Source of the DNA: Octopus vulgaris
Lineage: Eukaryota
Reading direction: 5' to 3'
Assembly (NCBI GenBank): GCA_951406725.2
Contig: OX597827.1
Span: forward strand, 33,976,001 to 34,040,000
Length of the DNA: 64,000 nt
A program made the position numbers and the translations under genes. Every line of letters starts with the position of its first letter. Positions within the stretch are counted from its first letter, which is position 1. Of the stretch, positions 1 to 10,849 are shown one piece after another. Below the pieces are notes generated by a model. It saw only the letters and a program-made list of their open reading frames with translations, was not told where the DNA came from and ran no database searches.

Positions 1-235
1 GAAGCAGTGAATACCAAAAAATCAACAGCAGTGTGAAACATCCAAATATTACCTTCCATGATTGGAATCAATGGTTTTGTGAAAATCTATGTTCTTGGAG
101 TCTGAACTGCTGTGGTTATTCTCATAAGTATGGCCGGTGTCAGTTACTTGTCATGAATTATTGTTACAAATCCACAAAAGTCCTCCTCTCCGATGGAAGC
201 TTTATTGATCTAAGTACACCCATAAAATGTAAGCG
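1..235 (+). CDS. Internal exon (5' end outside window) encoding PAN/apple-like Cys domain, copy B1
   Basis: Frame reads ..SSEYQKINSSVKHPNITFHDWNQWFCENLCSWSLNCCGYSHKYGRCQLL.. with C-x3-C-x5-C..Y..C spacing. Near-identical to 5547-5781. Two candidate donors: T|GTAAG after 228 and CG|GTTAGT after 235. Confidence 0.7.
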
Positions 236-345
236 GTTAGTTTTACGTTAAAATGTATTTGTTTTTTTTAAAACATTTTATAAGAAATGTTAGTGTAATA
301 CTTATGACCCTGTTCAGTGTATTTGTGACTGTTGATAGAGAACAG

Positions 346-416
346 AGGAAGTTATTCTCAAGCAAGAGACTTGATCACAGTGCTTGCAACTCCCACTAAT
401 GTAACCCAAGGATCAG
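346..416 (+). CDS. Putative short linker exon (GSYSQARDLITVLATPTNVTQGS)
   Basis: Acceptor AACAG|A and donor CAG|GTAAAA. Phase 2-1 fits the donor at 235 and the acceptor at 4881. Duplicated at 5892-5962. Confidence 0.45.
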
Positions 417-588
417 GTAAAAGTGTAAAACTTAGTGTTGGATTGTCTATCAACCACCAAGAGAATGTTCTCTTCGACAGACTTCCACACATATTTTCTT
501 ACCTAGCAGTTTCCTCCTGCACGAGATTTCGGGCTGGGATATGCGTATGTGAGACTTTGTGTGCGTGCGTGCGCGCGCGCGCGCGTGT

Positions 589-631
<43 letters not shown>

Positions 632-767
632 TGTGTGTGTGCGTGTGTGTGTATGTATAATACAAGTGAGAAGAAGAATGAATTTTTATTAGTTACAATT
701 GTTTCGATACCACTTCGCTTCGAACGCCATTGCACGCAAATTGGACGTAACATGTCTGGTTGGTTAA

Positions 768-1345
768 GGCAGTGAGCTGGCAGAAACGTTAGCACGCCGG
801 GCGAAATGCGTAGCCGTATTTCGTCTGCTGTTACGTTCTGAGTTCAAATTCCGCCGAGGTCGACTTTGCCATTCATACTTTCCGGGTCGATTAAATAAGT
901 ACTAGTTACGCACTGGGGTCGATATAATCGACTTAATCTGTTTGTCTATCCTTGTTTGTCCTCTCTGTGTATAGCCCCTTGTGGGTAGTAAAGAAATAGA
1001 TGTTTCGTCTGTCGTTATGTTCTGAGTTCATCCTTTCATCCTTTCGGGGTCGATAAATTAAGTTCAAGTTACGCACTGTGGTCGATGTAATCGACTTAAT
1101 CCGTTTGTCTGTCCTTGTTTGTCCCCTTGTGGTTAATAAAAAAAATAAGAACCGTTAGCATACCGGGCGAAATGCTTAACGGCATTTCGTTTGTCGTTAA
1201 GTTCTGATAAAAATCCCCCGGGGTCGACTTTGCCTTTAACCCTTTCGGGGTTGATAAATTAAGTACCAGTTGTGTACTGGAGTCGATCTAATCGACTGGT
1301 CCCCTACCTCAATATTTCGGGCCTTGTGCCTAGAGCAGAAAAGAA
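768..1345 (+). mobile_element. Trimeric tRNA-derived SINE
   Basis: Head GGCAGTGAGCTGGCAGAAACGTTAGCA with B-box-like GAGTTCAAATTCC and three tandem body units. Flanked by ATGT(C/G)TGGTTGGTT at 752-765 and 1347-1360. Confidence 0.85.
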
Positions 1346-1976
1346 TATGTGTGGTTGGTTGCATGGAGTAACACTTGATGAGACCAGCATCATGTTCTGC
1401 GTTCTTATATTGTACGATGTACATATGTTCTATGTTCCTTATATAGTGGGGTACCTGATGATAAGTATGTAATTATAATAAAAATCATGTATAAACTGAA
1501 ATAAAAACAAGACACCAATAGTGATGATAGAAGCAAGAAAATAAAACGAGTAAACAGAAGAACAGCACAACTCCAATGAATTATAAACTAGCACCGATAG
1601 AAGAGTCGTCTTAGTGATACCAGTGCCACAGAAAGTATATTGGCAGTATACAGTTTGGAGTGAATGACAAATATAAATAGTGGCAGTCCACGATGAGAAA
1701 ATAATAATGACACTAACGACAATTATTGGATGGAGAAGGGAAAGACAATGGAAGAGTGGTGGAGAGAGAATATCCAGAAAAACATCAAAACATTTACCAG
1801 TAACCTTCGGCGCTGGCAGCGGAATGTGACGGTGAAAACAGATTTCACAGAAATAAGTGGGTTAAAAATAAATGAATTAAACTAAAATAAAGTTAAATTA
1901 GAAAATGGTAAATTAGAATAAGTTTAAATTAAAGTGAAAATTAAATATTAGTATGTATAAATATTAAACGGACAAA

Positions 1977-2505
1977 CATTAGGTTGTTTCGAAAATAATG
2001 GCCGCTTTAAGAGTTGTGTTTTAAAACGCAATTTTATCATAGTTTTTAAATTGTATTTTAGGTTAATTTCAACATAATTAATAATTGATGTATGCTCCTT
2101 AATAATTTTCTACTTATTTCGGACATAAAACTTTCTTGAAGCATAGGCGCCCATAATTATGAACATGAAAAAAAAGACCTTTGCTTACTTTTTTCTTGCA
2201 TGAGTTCAAGCTTGGACACAATGCCTCCCAAACTGCTGTCACTATCAACAGAGCATGGGAAGAGGGGTCCACAAGTACGAAGGTGGTTTCAGAAATTCCG
2301 TAGTGAGGATGAGGGCCTTGAAGATCAAGAAGGTAGAGGACGGTCATGCAGTCTTGACAATGAACAAAACCCACGTCAGAGAGTCAGAGAAATGTCCCAG
2401 GCACATGATGTCGGTATTGCAACGGTCTTATGCAATCTGCAGAAGACTGGTAAGGCGAAAAACTCAATAAATGGGTACCGCATGAGCTCAGTGAAAATAA
2501 AAAAA
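1977..2505 (+). mobile_element. Mariner transposase N-terminal remnant
   Basis: Frameshifted FLHEFKLGHNASQTAVTINRAW..VRRWFQKFRSEDEGLEDQEGRGR, the Mos1-type HTH region. Confidence 0.8.
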
Positions 2506-2649
2506 TAAGAATATAAAAATTCTTTGGGCTTATGGAAGGCGTTCGTGTGGTGCTCATACGATGGCAAAGAGGTGGCGATTCGTTGCAGTTACACGATACG
2601 AATGCAAAAAAACAATGTTGTCAGACAGCTGCTACAAACGGACCAGCGG

Positions 2650-3341
2650 AAAGGCAGGTTAGGTATCTGGGTATCTTGGTGGATTCCTCCTTTTCGCCTT
2701 CGGCCCAGTGCGTCCATGCTGCCAACAAAGCGCGCGGAATTCTGTTTTTGATTCGACGGTCATTCGGAATGCTCACAGCAGCCATATTCCTACCACTCTA
2801 CGTCACGCTGGTGAGACCCATATTGGAGTATGGGATTCAAGCCTCTTCTCCTTATCTCCTCAAAGACATACAGCATCTCGAAAGAGTCCAGAGGCTGGCT
2901 ACCCGCATGGTTCATGGTCTCAAAAATTTGTCCTACGAAGAAAGGCTGAGGACGCTCGACCTTTATTCTCTTGAAAAACGCCGCCGCCGTGGTGATCTCA
3001 TTCTCGCCCACAACATCATAAACGGGAAGTGTAACCTCTCGAAAGAGCTGTTCTTCACTCCTGCTCCGGAGCGTCGGCTGCGGGGTCATTCCGAAAAGCT
3101 CTACCTGCGACGATTTCATCTCAATCGAAGGAGAGGAGCTTTCTCCGTCCGGCTTGCGGATCCGTGGAACAAGCTGCCAGACGAGATGGTGAAGATGCCG
3201 ACGACCGCTTTGTTCAAAGCCTCCCTGGACCTCAAGTGGCCTGAACTCTTTACATGAACACCACCCTGTACTTAACTCCATGTCCCCCTACATGGCCTTG
3301 CTATTTGCTTTTGAGCCAAATTAACTAACTAACTAACTAAC
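2650..3341 (+). mobile_element. CR1-clade LINE 3' fragment (ORF2 C-terminus, 3'UTR, (TAAC)n tail)
   Basis: YLGILVD..LYVTLVRPILEYG..LERVQRLATRMV..SYEERLRTLDLYSLEKRRRRGDLI..WNKLP. Ends in (TAAC)n at about 3322-3341. Confidence 0.92.
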
Positions 3342-3768
3342 ATATTTGAGGACGTTTCTGCTGCCTTCGATTACCTCAAGTATTTTTATTCATAACATTA
3401 AAGTGACCAATTCAACGGAAAGGATACCAATTTACAAGACACATGGCGGCTACATCTTGCATGAACCCCCTTGACGGCAATATTCAACTGCTGACCATTA
3501 ACCTCCTTCAACTGGGAGCAATCTATTGCTCAAAATCTTCCCTCAGAGGAAACGCTGAAATTGTTCAACTCATTCTCTTCCTATACGTTTATCTGTGTGC
3601 TTCATTCTATGGCTTCATTCGCAAGTGTATGGTTCTGATCTGCACTGGGCTGAAGAGTAAGGTGTTGAAATCAGAAGAGCATTGCGTGAACGCGGTAGCC
3701 GAGGTTGGGCTCAAAAATTTTCTCAAGTGTAAGGCCTCATCTTTCCGCAGTTGAATGGTAATTTATTA

Positions 3769-3799
3769 AGACCCATGCAACGCCGGGAACTACTGCTAG
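3769..3799 (+). mobile_element. Helitron 3' terminus
   Basis: GACCCATGCAACGCCGGG hairpin followed by CTAG|T. Same motif as the Helitron end at 28598-28626. Confidence 0.65.
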
Positions 3800-4880
3800 T
3801 CACTCTATAAAATAGTTTGACACTCTCCAGCATGGCTGGTAAAGACATTTCAAATGAGCAAAGTTCTGAAAACCTAAATGAACTCATTTAAACATTAAGA
3901 TCAAAGTACTAATTAGATATAACTGAATACCTATGATCTTCTGATATCAAAATATAAATTTTTTTCACGGCATGGATACAATATCCCAGATTCTACAGCA
4001 AACGTAAAATCAATGCCAAACAATTCTTGGCTATCCCAACATATTTCTAGAATATATGAAGGACTACATTAATAAATGAGTCTTTCCCGATTTTTTCTGC
4101 TCTGCAGGAATAATTTGAAGTAGATATTCGCTTTTGATAGCACAATATTATACTATTATGTGGTAGTTCGATCATGAAATTTGACGATGGTGAAGGAAGA
4201 TGACAGTCGAACAGAAGATTATTTCCATAGTGAGGAACAGCTGCTCTGACATATAACTCACTAGCTTTTATACAATCTGTCCAGTGGCAAATCAAAACAA
4301 ATGAGTTTGTCTGAAAATGAAGGAACTTACAAAAATGGATACAGTAATCACCATGTCCCACAATATTTTCAAACTTGATGTTTGTCCTGGCTACAAAATG
4401 TAACATCTAAGACAACATGATAGTTAAGTTACTACTTGCATCAGTTACACACATTGACCCGCTGCCACCAAATTGGAAGATTTGGAAATGAAGATTATCA
4501 TTTTTTCCTGGCATCTTTTGAATGAAATGTGAACGTGCCACTAAATATACACACGGTGCATGTGTATATATCATTGGATGGCCATAGATTCCTTTGAGTT
4601 CATTCGTATTTTGACGGGTTTGGTTTTTAACCCTGTGTGGTGCCCAAAATCACACTTTTAATGAAGTAAGTTTGAATTAAAATGGTCTTGTAAATTAGTC
4701 GTTGACGATTTGGCAACACAAGATGTTGCACTAAGTTATATGTTATTGGAAACATTCACAAATGACTTATGATATATTTAAATACAGATAAAAAGGAAAG
4801 AGTAGTATTTTTGTGCTTCTTTCCCTGCATATTTTTGTCAAAGCAACTCAATATTAATACCATTTTATTTTGTTTTATAG

Positions 4881-5129
4881 GGATTGGAACCTATAAAATA
4901 TTTCTAAATAAAAATATAACTGGACTAAAACACGTACAAAAAGTGAAACGGTTATCGGAATGCGTGAGCGCGTGTGGAAACACGAGAGACTGTACCTGCT
5001 TATATTACCAACAGTTTAATTCTTCATGCAGTTTTTTCGATTCATATGACTGTGATAGAATTTTAAATTCTAAATTACCGGAAACAAATGATACCACTAC
5101 CGTACTGATGGTTCGTCAAGATGGGAAAG
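4881..5129 (+). CDS. Phase 1-1 exon encoding PAN/apple-like domain A
   Basis: Acceptor TTTTGTTTTATAG| and donor AAG|GTAAGT, 249 nt. Reads ..LSECVSACGNTRDCTCLYYQQFNSSCSFF.. with several N-glycosylation sequons. Confidence 0.8.
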
Positions 5130-5534
5130 GTAAGTGAATAGCTTATTTATTCATGTGATTCTTCGTTAACTAATTAAGAAGTTCTGGGTTTACAAGTGAG
5201 AAAGATTGGCTGTTGGCAAACTGTTGATAAGTCGAGACAGCACTCAAATTTCAAGTTGTATGAAAATTATTTTCAACATCACCTTTGTCTTTTGTACGTT
5301 GGGAATCGCATGAGTATCAAAAAGTTGTATAATATATTTCTTTTACTTTCTTTCTACTTCTTCCTTTCGCCCTTTCTTCTTTCTTTTTTCTGTCTTCATT
5401 TCTTTTTTCTCTTTTCCCACATTCTTCTTTTCTAATATATTATTTCTTGTTCTTTCTTTCTTTCTTCCTTTTCTTTCTCCCTTTCTTTTCGTTTGCCTGA
5501 TGGCCCTTATTCTGTTTTCTAATATTTATTGTAG

Positions 5535-5781
5535 GCAAAATAAAGAGAAGCAGTGAATACCAAAAAATCAACAGCAGCGTGAAACATCCAAATATTACCT
5601 TCGGTGATTTGAATCAATGGTTTTGTGAAAATCTATGTTCTTGGAGTCTGAACTGCTGTGGTTATTCTCATAAGTATGGCCGGTGTCAGTTACTTGTCAT
5701 GAATTATTGTTACAAATCCACAAAAGTCCTCCTCTCTGATGGAAGCTTTATTGATCTAAGTACACCCATAAAATGTAAGCG
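5535..5781 (+). CDS. Exon encoding PAN/apple-like domain, copy B2
   Basis: Acceptor TTATTGTAG| after a long pyrimidine tract, in frame with the 4881-5129 exon. Donor after 5774 or 5781. Confidence 0.75.
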
Positions 5782-5891
5782 GTTAGTTTTATGTTAAATT
5801 GTATTTGTTTTTTTTTAAACATTTTATAAGAAATGTTAGCGTAATACTTATGACCCTGTTCAGTGTACTTGTGACTGTTGATAGAGAACAG

Positions 5892-5962
5892 AGGAAGTTA
5901 TTCTCAAGCAAGAGACTTGGTCACAGTGCTTGCAACTCCCACTAATGTAACCCAAGGACCAA
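5892..5962 (+). CDS. Putative linker exon, copy 2
   Basis: Paralog of 346-416. The donor CAA|GTGAAA is weaker, but the frame joins the 14076 exon. Confidence 0.4.
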
Positions 5963-6113
5963 GTGAAAGTGTAAAACTTAGTGATGGATTGTCTATCAAC
6001 CACCAAGAGAATGTTCTCTTCGACAGACTTCCACACATATTTTCTTACCTAGCAGTTTCCTCCTGCACGAGATTTGCGGCTAGGATATGTGTATGCGAGA
6101 CTTTGTGTGCGTG

Positions 6114-6197
<84 letters not shown>

Positions 6198-6317
6198 AAT
6201 AATACATGTGAGAAGAAGAATGAATTTAGCACAAATTTATTAGTTACAGTTGTTTCGATACAACTTCGCTTCGAAAGCCGTTGCACGCAAATTGGACGTA
6301 ACACGTCTGGTTGGTTA

Positions 6318-6875
6318 AGGCGGCGAGCTGGCAGAAACGTTAGCACGCCGGGCGAAATGCGTAGCCGTATTTCGTCTGCTGTTACGTTCTGAGTTCAAAT
6401 TCCACCGTGGTCGACTTTGCCATTCATCCTTTCGGGGTCGATAAATTAAGTACTAGTTACGCACTGGGGTCGATATATTGTGGGTAGTAAAGAAATAGAT
6501 GTTTCATCTGCCGCTACCTTCTGAGTTCAAATTCCACCGGAGTCAACTTTGCCTTTTAATCTTTCGTGGTCGATAAATTAAGTACCAGTTACGCACTGGG
6601 GTCGATATATTCAACTTAATCCGTTTGTCTGTCCTTGTGTGTCCCCTCTGTGTTTAGCCCCTTTTGGGTAATAAAAAAATAAGAAACGTTAGCACACCCA
6701 AAATGTTTAGCAGTATTTCCACCGTCATTACGTTCTGAGTTCAAATTCCGCCGGAGTCGACTTTGCCTTTCATCCTTGCGGGTCGATAAATTAAGTATCA
6801 CTTATGTACTGGAGTCGATCTAATCGACTGGTCCCTACCTCAAAATTTCAGGCCTTGTGCCTAGGGCAGAAAAGA
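6318..6875 (+). mobile_element. Trimeric tRNA-derived SINE (duplicate of 768-1345)
   Basis: Same head and body units at the same relative position. The right TSD is missing. Confidence 0.85.
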
Positions 6876-8531
6876 CATTTTTCCTTCCAAATTTCGATGT
6901 GTTTTTGATTCTGCTGTGTGTGTTTGTGACGGCGTTGGTGATTGCGATGTTTGTAGCGTTGGTGTTGTCATCAGTGTGTCTGTGTTTGTTTTCTTTGGAT
7001 TTCTCCCATTTTTCTGTCTCTTTCTTGTGTGTGTTTTTTCGCCTTTTGGGCTCCCCCACCTCATCATCACTTGGATGCGTCCGTGACTTGTATGTTTTCT
7101 TCTGGTATTGTTTATTCTGGTTCTCTTGTAGTAGTTGTTGTTGTTGCTCCTGCTACAGTAGCTTCTGCCTCTGTTGCTGGTTCTACTCCCACTGCCACCT
7201 TTACTGTAACGCCAGCCTGTTTTATCTTCTGGGTCCCATTTCTGCTTCTGTTCCCCTGCCTTTCTGTTGTTGTTTTTTGTTGTTGTTGTTGTTGCCGTTG
7301 TTCTTGTTTTTGTCGACGCATGGGTTGTGATACTTTCGTTTTGACATTTCTTTCTCTCTTTTTGTTCTGGTTCTGTGGGCAGTAAAACCTAAGTGGCCCG
7401 TTGAACCACAATCGTGACACCTCGGTCTTCTGCCTTCCACGTTCACCCTTAGTTCTGCTCCATTCGAGAGGGAAATCAGGTCTGAGACTTTCTCTAACTG
7501 CTCTGGCTTCACATGGAGATGAACCTCCAAGGTAGTCCCAACCCAATTCTCCCTCCTCGACCTTCAACATCAAGGAGATTCTCTCCGCCGTCCGTACGAA
7601 TACAGGCGAGAATCCACCATAAATCCAGCCCTGGTGAGACTCCAGGTACCGTAGTTCGTACCACCCTTCTTCCCATGTACGTTGGGAAGAAGACGATTTC
7701 CTCGGTGCGACGCGTGGTCACCGAGCTCTGTATTGCATGCTTCCCAGTCTTAAAAAGGACCCCTACTCCGCCGTACTGCATCGCTCTCGTAATATGGTGG
7801 ATATCCTTTTATATCTCTTTCAAGGATTTTTTCACCTGGTCGCGTTAAGCATTTTCGAGTTTCGTTGTTTTTATGTTCACGCATATGTAACCAAATGTCC
7901 GTTTGGCTGTTGCTTCAAGCATGTCGCTTAGAGGCGTCAATTCTGCCCTCCTTCTATTCATTTTCATATATTTTTCTGCCTTATTTAGTTTTCTACTTTT
8001 CTCTCTATTGTGGAGTTAACCAATTCTTTAGCTGTCGCGCAGAAGTTTCTTTGCCGCCGCTAACTCCTTTTTTTTTTGTTTGGCTCTACGCTGCAGTTGC
8101 TTTCAATGTTATTTTGCGTGCTGCTCCAATTTCTACGTTACTCCTTCCTTTCGCTTTCTTTCTGCTTTTCCCCCTCTTTCTTCTTTTCTTGACTCGTCAC
8201 TTCTTTTTTTTCCTTCTTTTCTTCCTACTGTCTCCTGCCAGTCATGGGGGGGGGGGGGGGAGTCCTCGGGCAATCTGCCGTATCACCTTCCTTCTTCACT
8301 CCCGCTTTTCATCACCATCTTCAATGTTTGCTTTCTTCGAAGCAAATTTTCGAAGAAATTTGAAAACAAAAAAAAGGTTTGTATCACCTCAAAAGTGGGG
8401 CTTTGATTAACAAACGTCAGCCCCAAAGAAGGCTTGCAAAACAATTTAACTAACAAAATACAGTATAGAGCATTTTAAAACAAGTGAATTAAACATAAAC
8501 TTACAACGCTCCAAAAACACACATCCAGTTA

Positions 8532-8533
<2 letters not shown>
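6876..8533 (-). mobile_element. Tx1/L1-like LINE 5' part (5'UTR + decayed ORF1 with zinc knuckle)
   Basis: ISLSNGAELRVNVEGRRPRCHDCGSTGH matches ISLPDGTKLHVAVKGWSPRCYLCGDKN of the 48.6-54.2 kb element. Similar 5'UTR (AAATTTTCGAA..CCTCAAAAG). Confidence 0.7.

Positions 8534-8608
<75 letters not shown>
8534..8608. repeat. (TAA)n microsatellite
   Basis: Direct reading. Confidence 0.98.
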
Positions 8609-8609
<1 letters not shown>

Positions 8610-8659
8610 GATAATAATGATCTTCTCGATGTTCTAGTTTCTCATGGATTAATATTTCC

Positions 8660-9934
8660 AAGATGATCCCACACCAGTCCTCCCTCCTGCTCCTTTTTAT
8701 CTCTAAGAGTGGCTATGAGTTCTGCACTGTACAGGCAACAATCCTCTAGACACTTACGCTCGGTAGCACGCCATTTACTCTAATTCTGGTCGTTCTCATT
8801 GAGAGGTAGGTAGGATACAGGACCCACTCCTGAATCCACCGGGCTGACACTGCGTGTCTTCGTGTGAGGTCCTCACTTTTAAAGAGGACTTTAATGCTAG
8901 AAAACTGTCTCCCTCACTATATATAAGCCACACCATTAAAATTTCTCTGAGACCTTCTCCAAATGACTGATAGAGGCTATTTCAGCTCTCCTACTTTTTC
9001 GTGATACGCATCTGAAATATACTGACTTCTCTTTTGCTTCTATTATTTTGAGAGGTACGAGCCCTGCAGCCTTACCCCGCTCAAATTTAATGACGCCATT
9101 CGCTTTCAAGAGTTCACGAGTTTTGCTATCGAGTGGGATGGCAAACATTTCTCTCTCTGTGTTCGCTACATCAGCAAGCCTTTTATTTTTGTTATTGTTT
9201 TTGTTGCCGTCGACGTTGCTGTTGTTGTTGCAGTTAGTGGTAGTGGTAGAGTTATGACCACTTCTACCGTCGCCCTTCTCACCACCACCCTCACCGCTAT
9301 TTTCTTTCTCTCTGCCTTCAATGTTAGCATTATTTCTTATCCGCTAAAATCCGCTGCATTATTAACGTAAACGCTAGCTCTGCTACTACTGTCTCTGCAA
9401 CCGATGCTGCTGCTGTTGCTGTTTCTCGCGTTGTTATTGTTATCACTGCTACTACAGCTGCTGCCGCCGCCGTCACCGCTGTCATCGCTGCTGCTGCTGC
9501 CACTGCTACCGCTACTGTTGTCGAGTTTGTCACTGCTGTTACTACGAAATGGACTTAGTACTTTTTCACCCTCTCTTTTCTCCTCACCCTCTCCTGTATT
9601 GTTGCTAGTAACGGAGAGAAGGGGAGAGAAATCTTCAACAGTCACTAGAGCTGTGGGAGAGGCAGATTTTCTCCTTAACTCTTTTAAGATGCACCTCCGC
9701 AATCTTGTTGAATAGTTTGTGATTAAACGTCCACCGAACTTATTTTATGGGCTGAATATGGCACAGCGAGAGGCCAAACAAACAGAAAAACCAGTGACAG
9801 GTACCTGGTGTTTCTATTAACAACTTGAAATAAAATGTAAAACGAAACAACCGCACCAAACTGGTGTAAACAAATGTTTTAAAAATGAACATACTTGGAG
9901 CGTTCGAAGACACGTCCGATGTACCTAGCAGCAA

Positions 9935-9935
<1 letters not shown>
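8660..9935 (-). mobile_element. Probable retroelement 5'UTR/ORF1 remnant, unclassified
   Basis: Decayed minus-strand reading frames with Ser/Asn low complexity, between two (TAA)n arrays. No diagnostic motif recognised. Confidence 0.3.
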
Positions 9936-9936
<1 letters not shown>

Positions 9937-10012
<76 letters not shown>

Positions 10013-10105
10013 CAACAACAACATGATCTTCCAACCTCTTGTCTCTTGAGGTCTCTGGGTGAGACTTGGAGCCAACTTGTACAAATATAAAGCAAAAGTC
10101 AGACA
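9937..10105 (+). mobile_element. (TAA)n/(CAA)n array followed by R4/Dong 3'UTR fragment
   Basis: 10020-10105 matches the 3'UTR at 47120-47210 (TTGTCTCTTGAGGTCTCTGGGTGAGACTTGGA..AAAAGTCA). Confidence 0.75.
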
Positions 10106-10119
10106 TAGAATAATAATAA

Positions 10120-10678
10120 TAAATGCCCTGATGCAGTTCCAGGCAGCGGCTCTCATGGCTTCTGATCTTAACTGATTGGAAGTGTTATCATGTACATCGT
10201 TTTGTCTTGGTATAAAAGATGGGCCACAGCAAATATTCTGCTCAATACCACAGATTTACTTGTCAGTTGTTTGACCTTAACCAGTTGACCATGTCCTTTA
10301 GTGGTTGACGATATGTGCATTTCTGATCAGAAGCAGAAGTAGTGGGGGAGCATCATAGCCATGTGTTGAGAAGGATTCTTTGAGGTTTGGATAATTCACC
10401 TTTGGAAACATGGGTGGTTCGTTTAACATCCTTAAACAATCCTTATTCAGGGACCTTTTGAGCGGGATGGGCTACTCGACTAGAAGAAAATTCTAATTGG
10501 GCCCCACCTGCAAGGTCATGTGCTGTTTATCTTGATATAAGATCACCATGTTGCGCACATATGGTTGTGATGCTTATGTCTGGTGTACCCTTATCAGACG
10601 GGTAGTCATGATGGGTATACAGGGCTTCGCATAGTTTACCCCAGTGTCACTTTGATGGCATGCACTGCTCTCTCACTC

Positions 10679-10680
<2 letters not shown>
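10120..10680. mobile_element. ~560-bp non-coding interspersed repeat flanked by (TAA)n
   Basis: Further copies at 36955-37440 (same orientation) and 55692-56010 (reverse). Fragment at 54213-54253. Confidence 0.85.
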
Positions 10681-10727
<47 letters not shown>

Positions 10728-10729
10728 TT

Positions 10730-10846
10730 TTCTACTAAACACACAAAACCTGGTGAGAGGGGATTAGTCGATTACATCGACCCCAGTGTGTCATTGGTAC
10801 GTAATTTATCGACCCCGAAAGGATGAAAGGCAAAGTCGACCTCGGC
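10730..10846 (-). mobile_element. SINE 3' fragment
   Basis: Reverse complement of the CCTTTCATCCTTTCGGGGTCGATAAATT SINE body. Confidence 0.8.
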
Positions 10847-10849
10847 AAA

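Larger units (their letters stand above)
5547..6875 (+). repeat. Intragenic segmental duplication of positions 1-~1344 (offset 5546)
   Basis: Colinear high identity across exon, intron, (TG)n and SINE. Confidence 0.95.

Noticed and set aside
339-416. Linker exon starting at the first AG (338)
   Set aside because: Joining it to the donor at 228 creates TAG. The 235/346 pair keeps the frame.
2790-3281. 163-aa minus-strand ORF
   Set aside because: Antisense shadow of the CR1 ORF2 fragment.
3800-4740. Possible extra exon or transposase remnant (ORF 4047-4406, minus)
   Set aside because: No recognisable motif or convincing splice pair.
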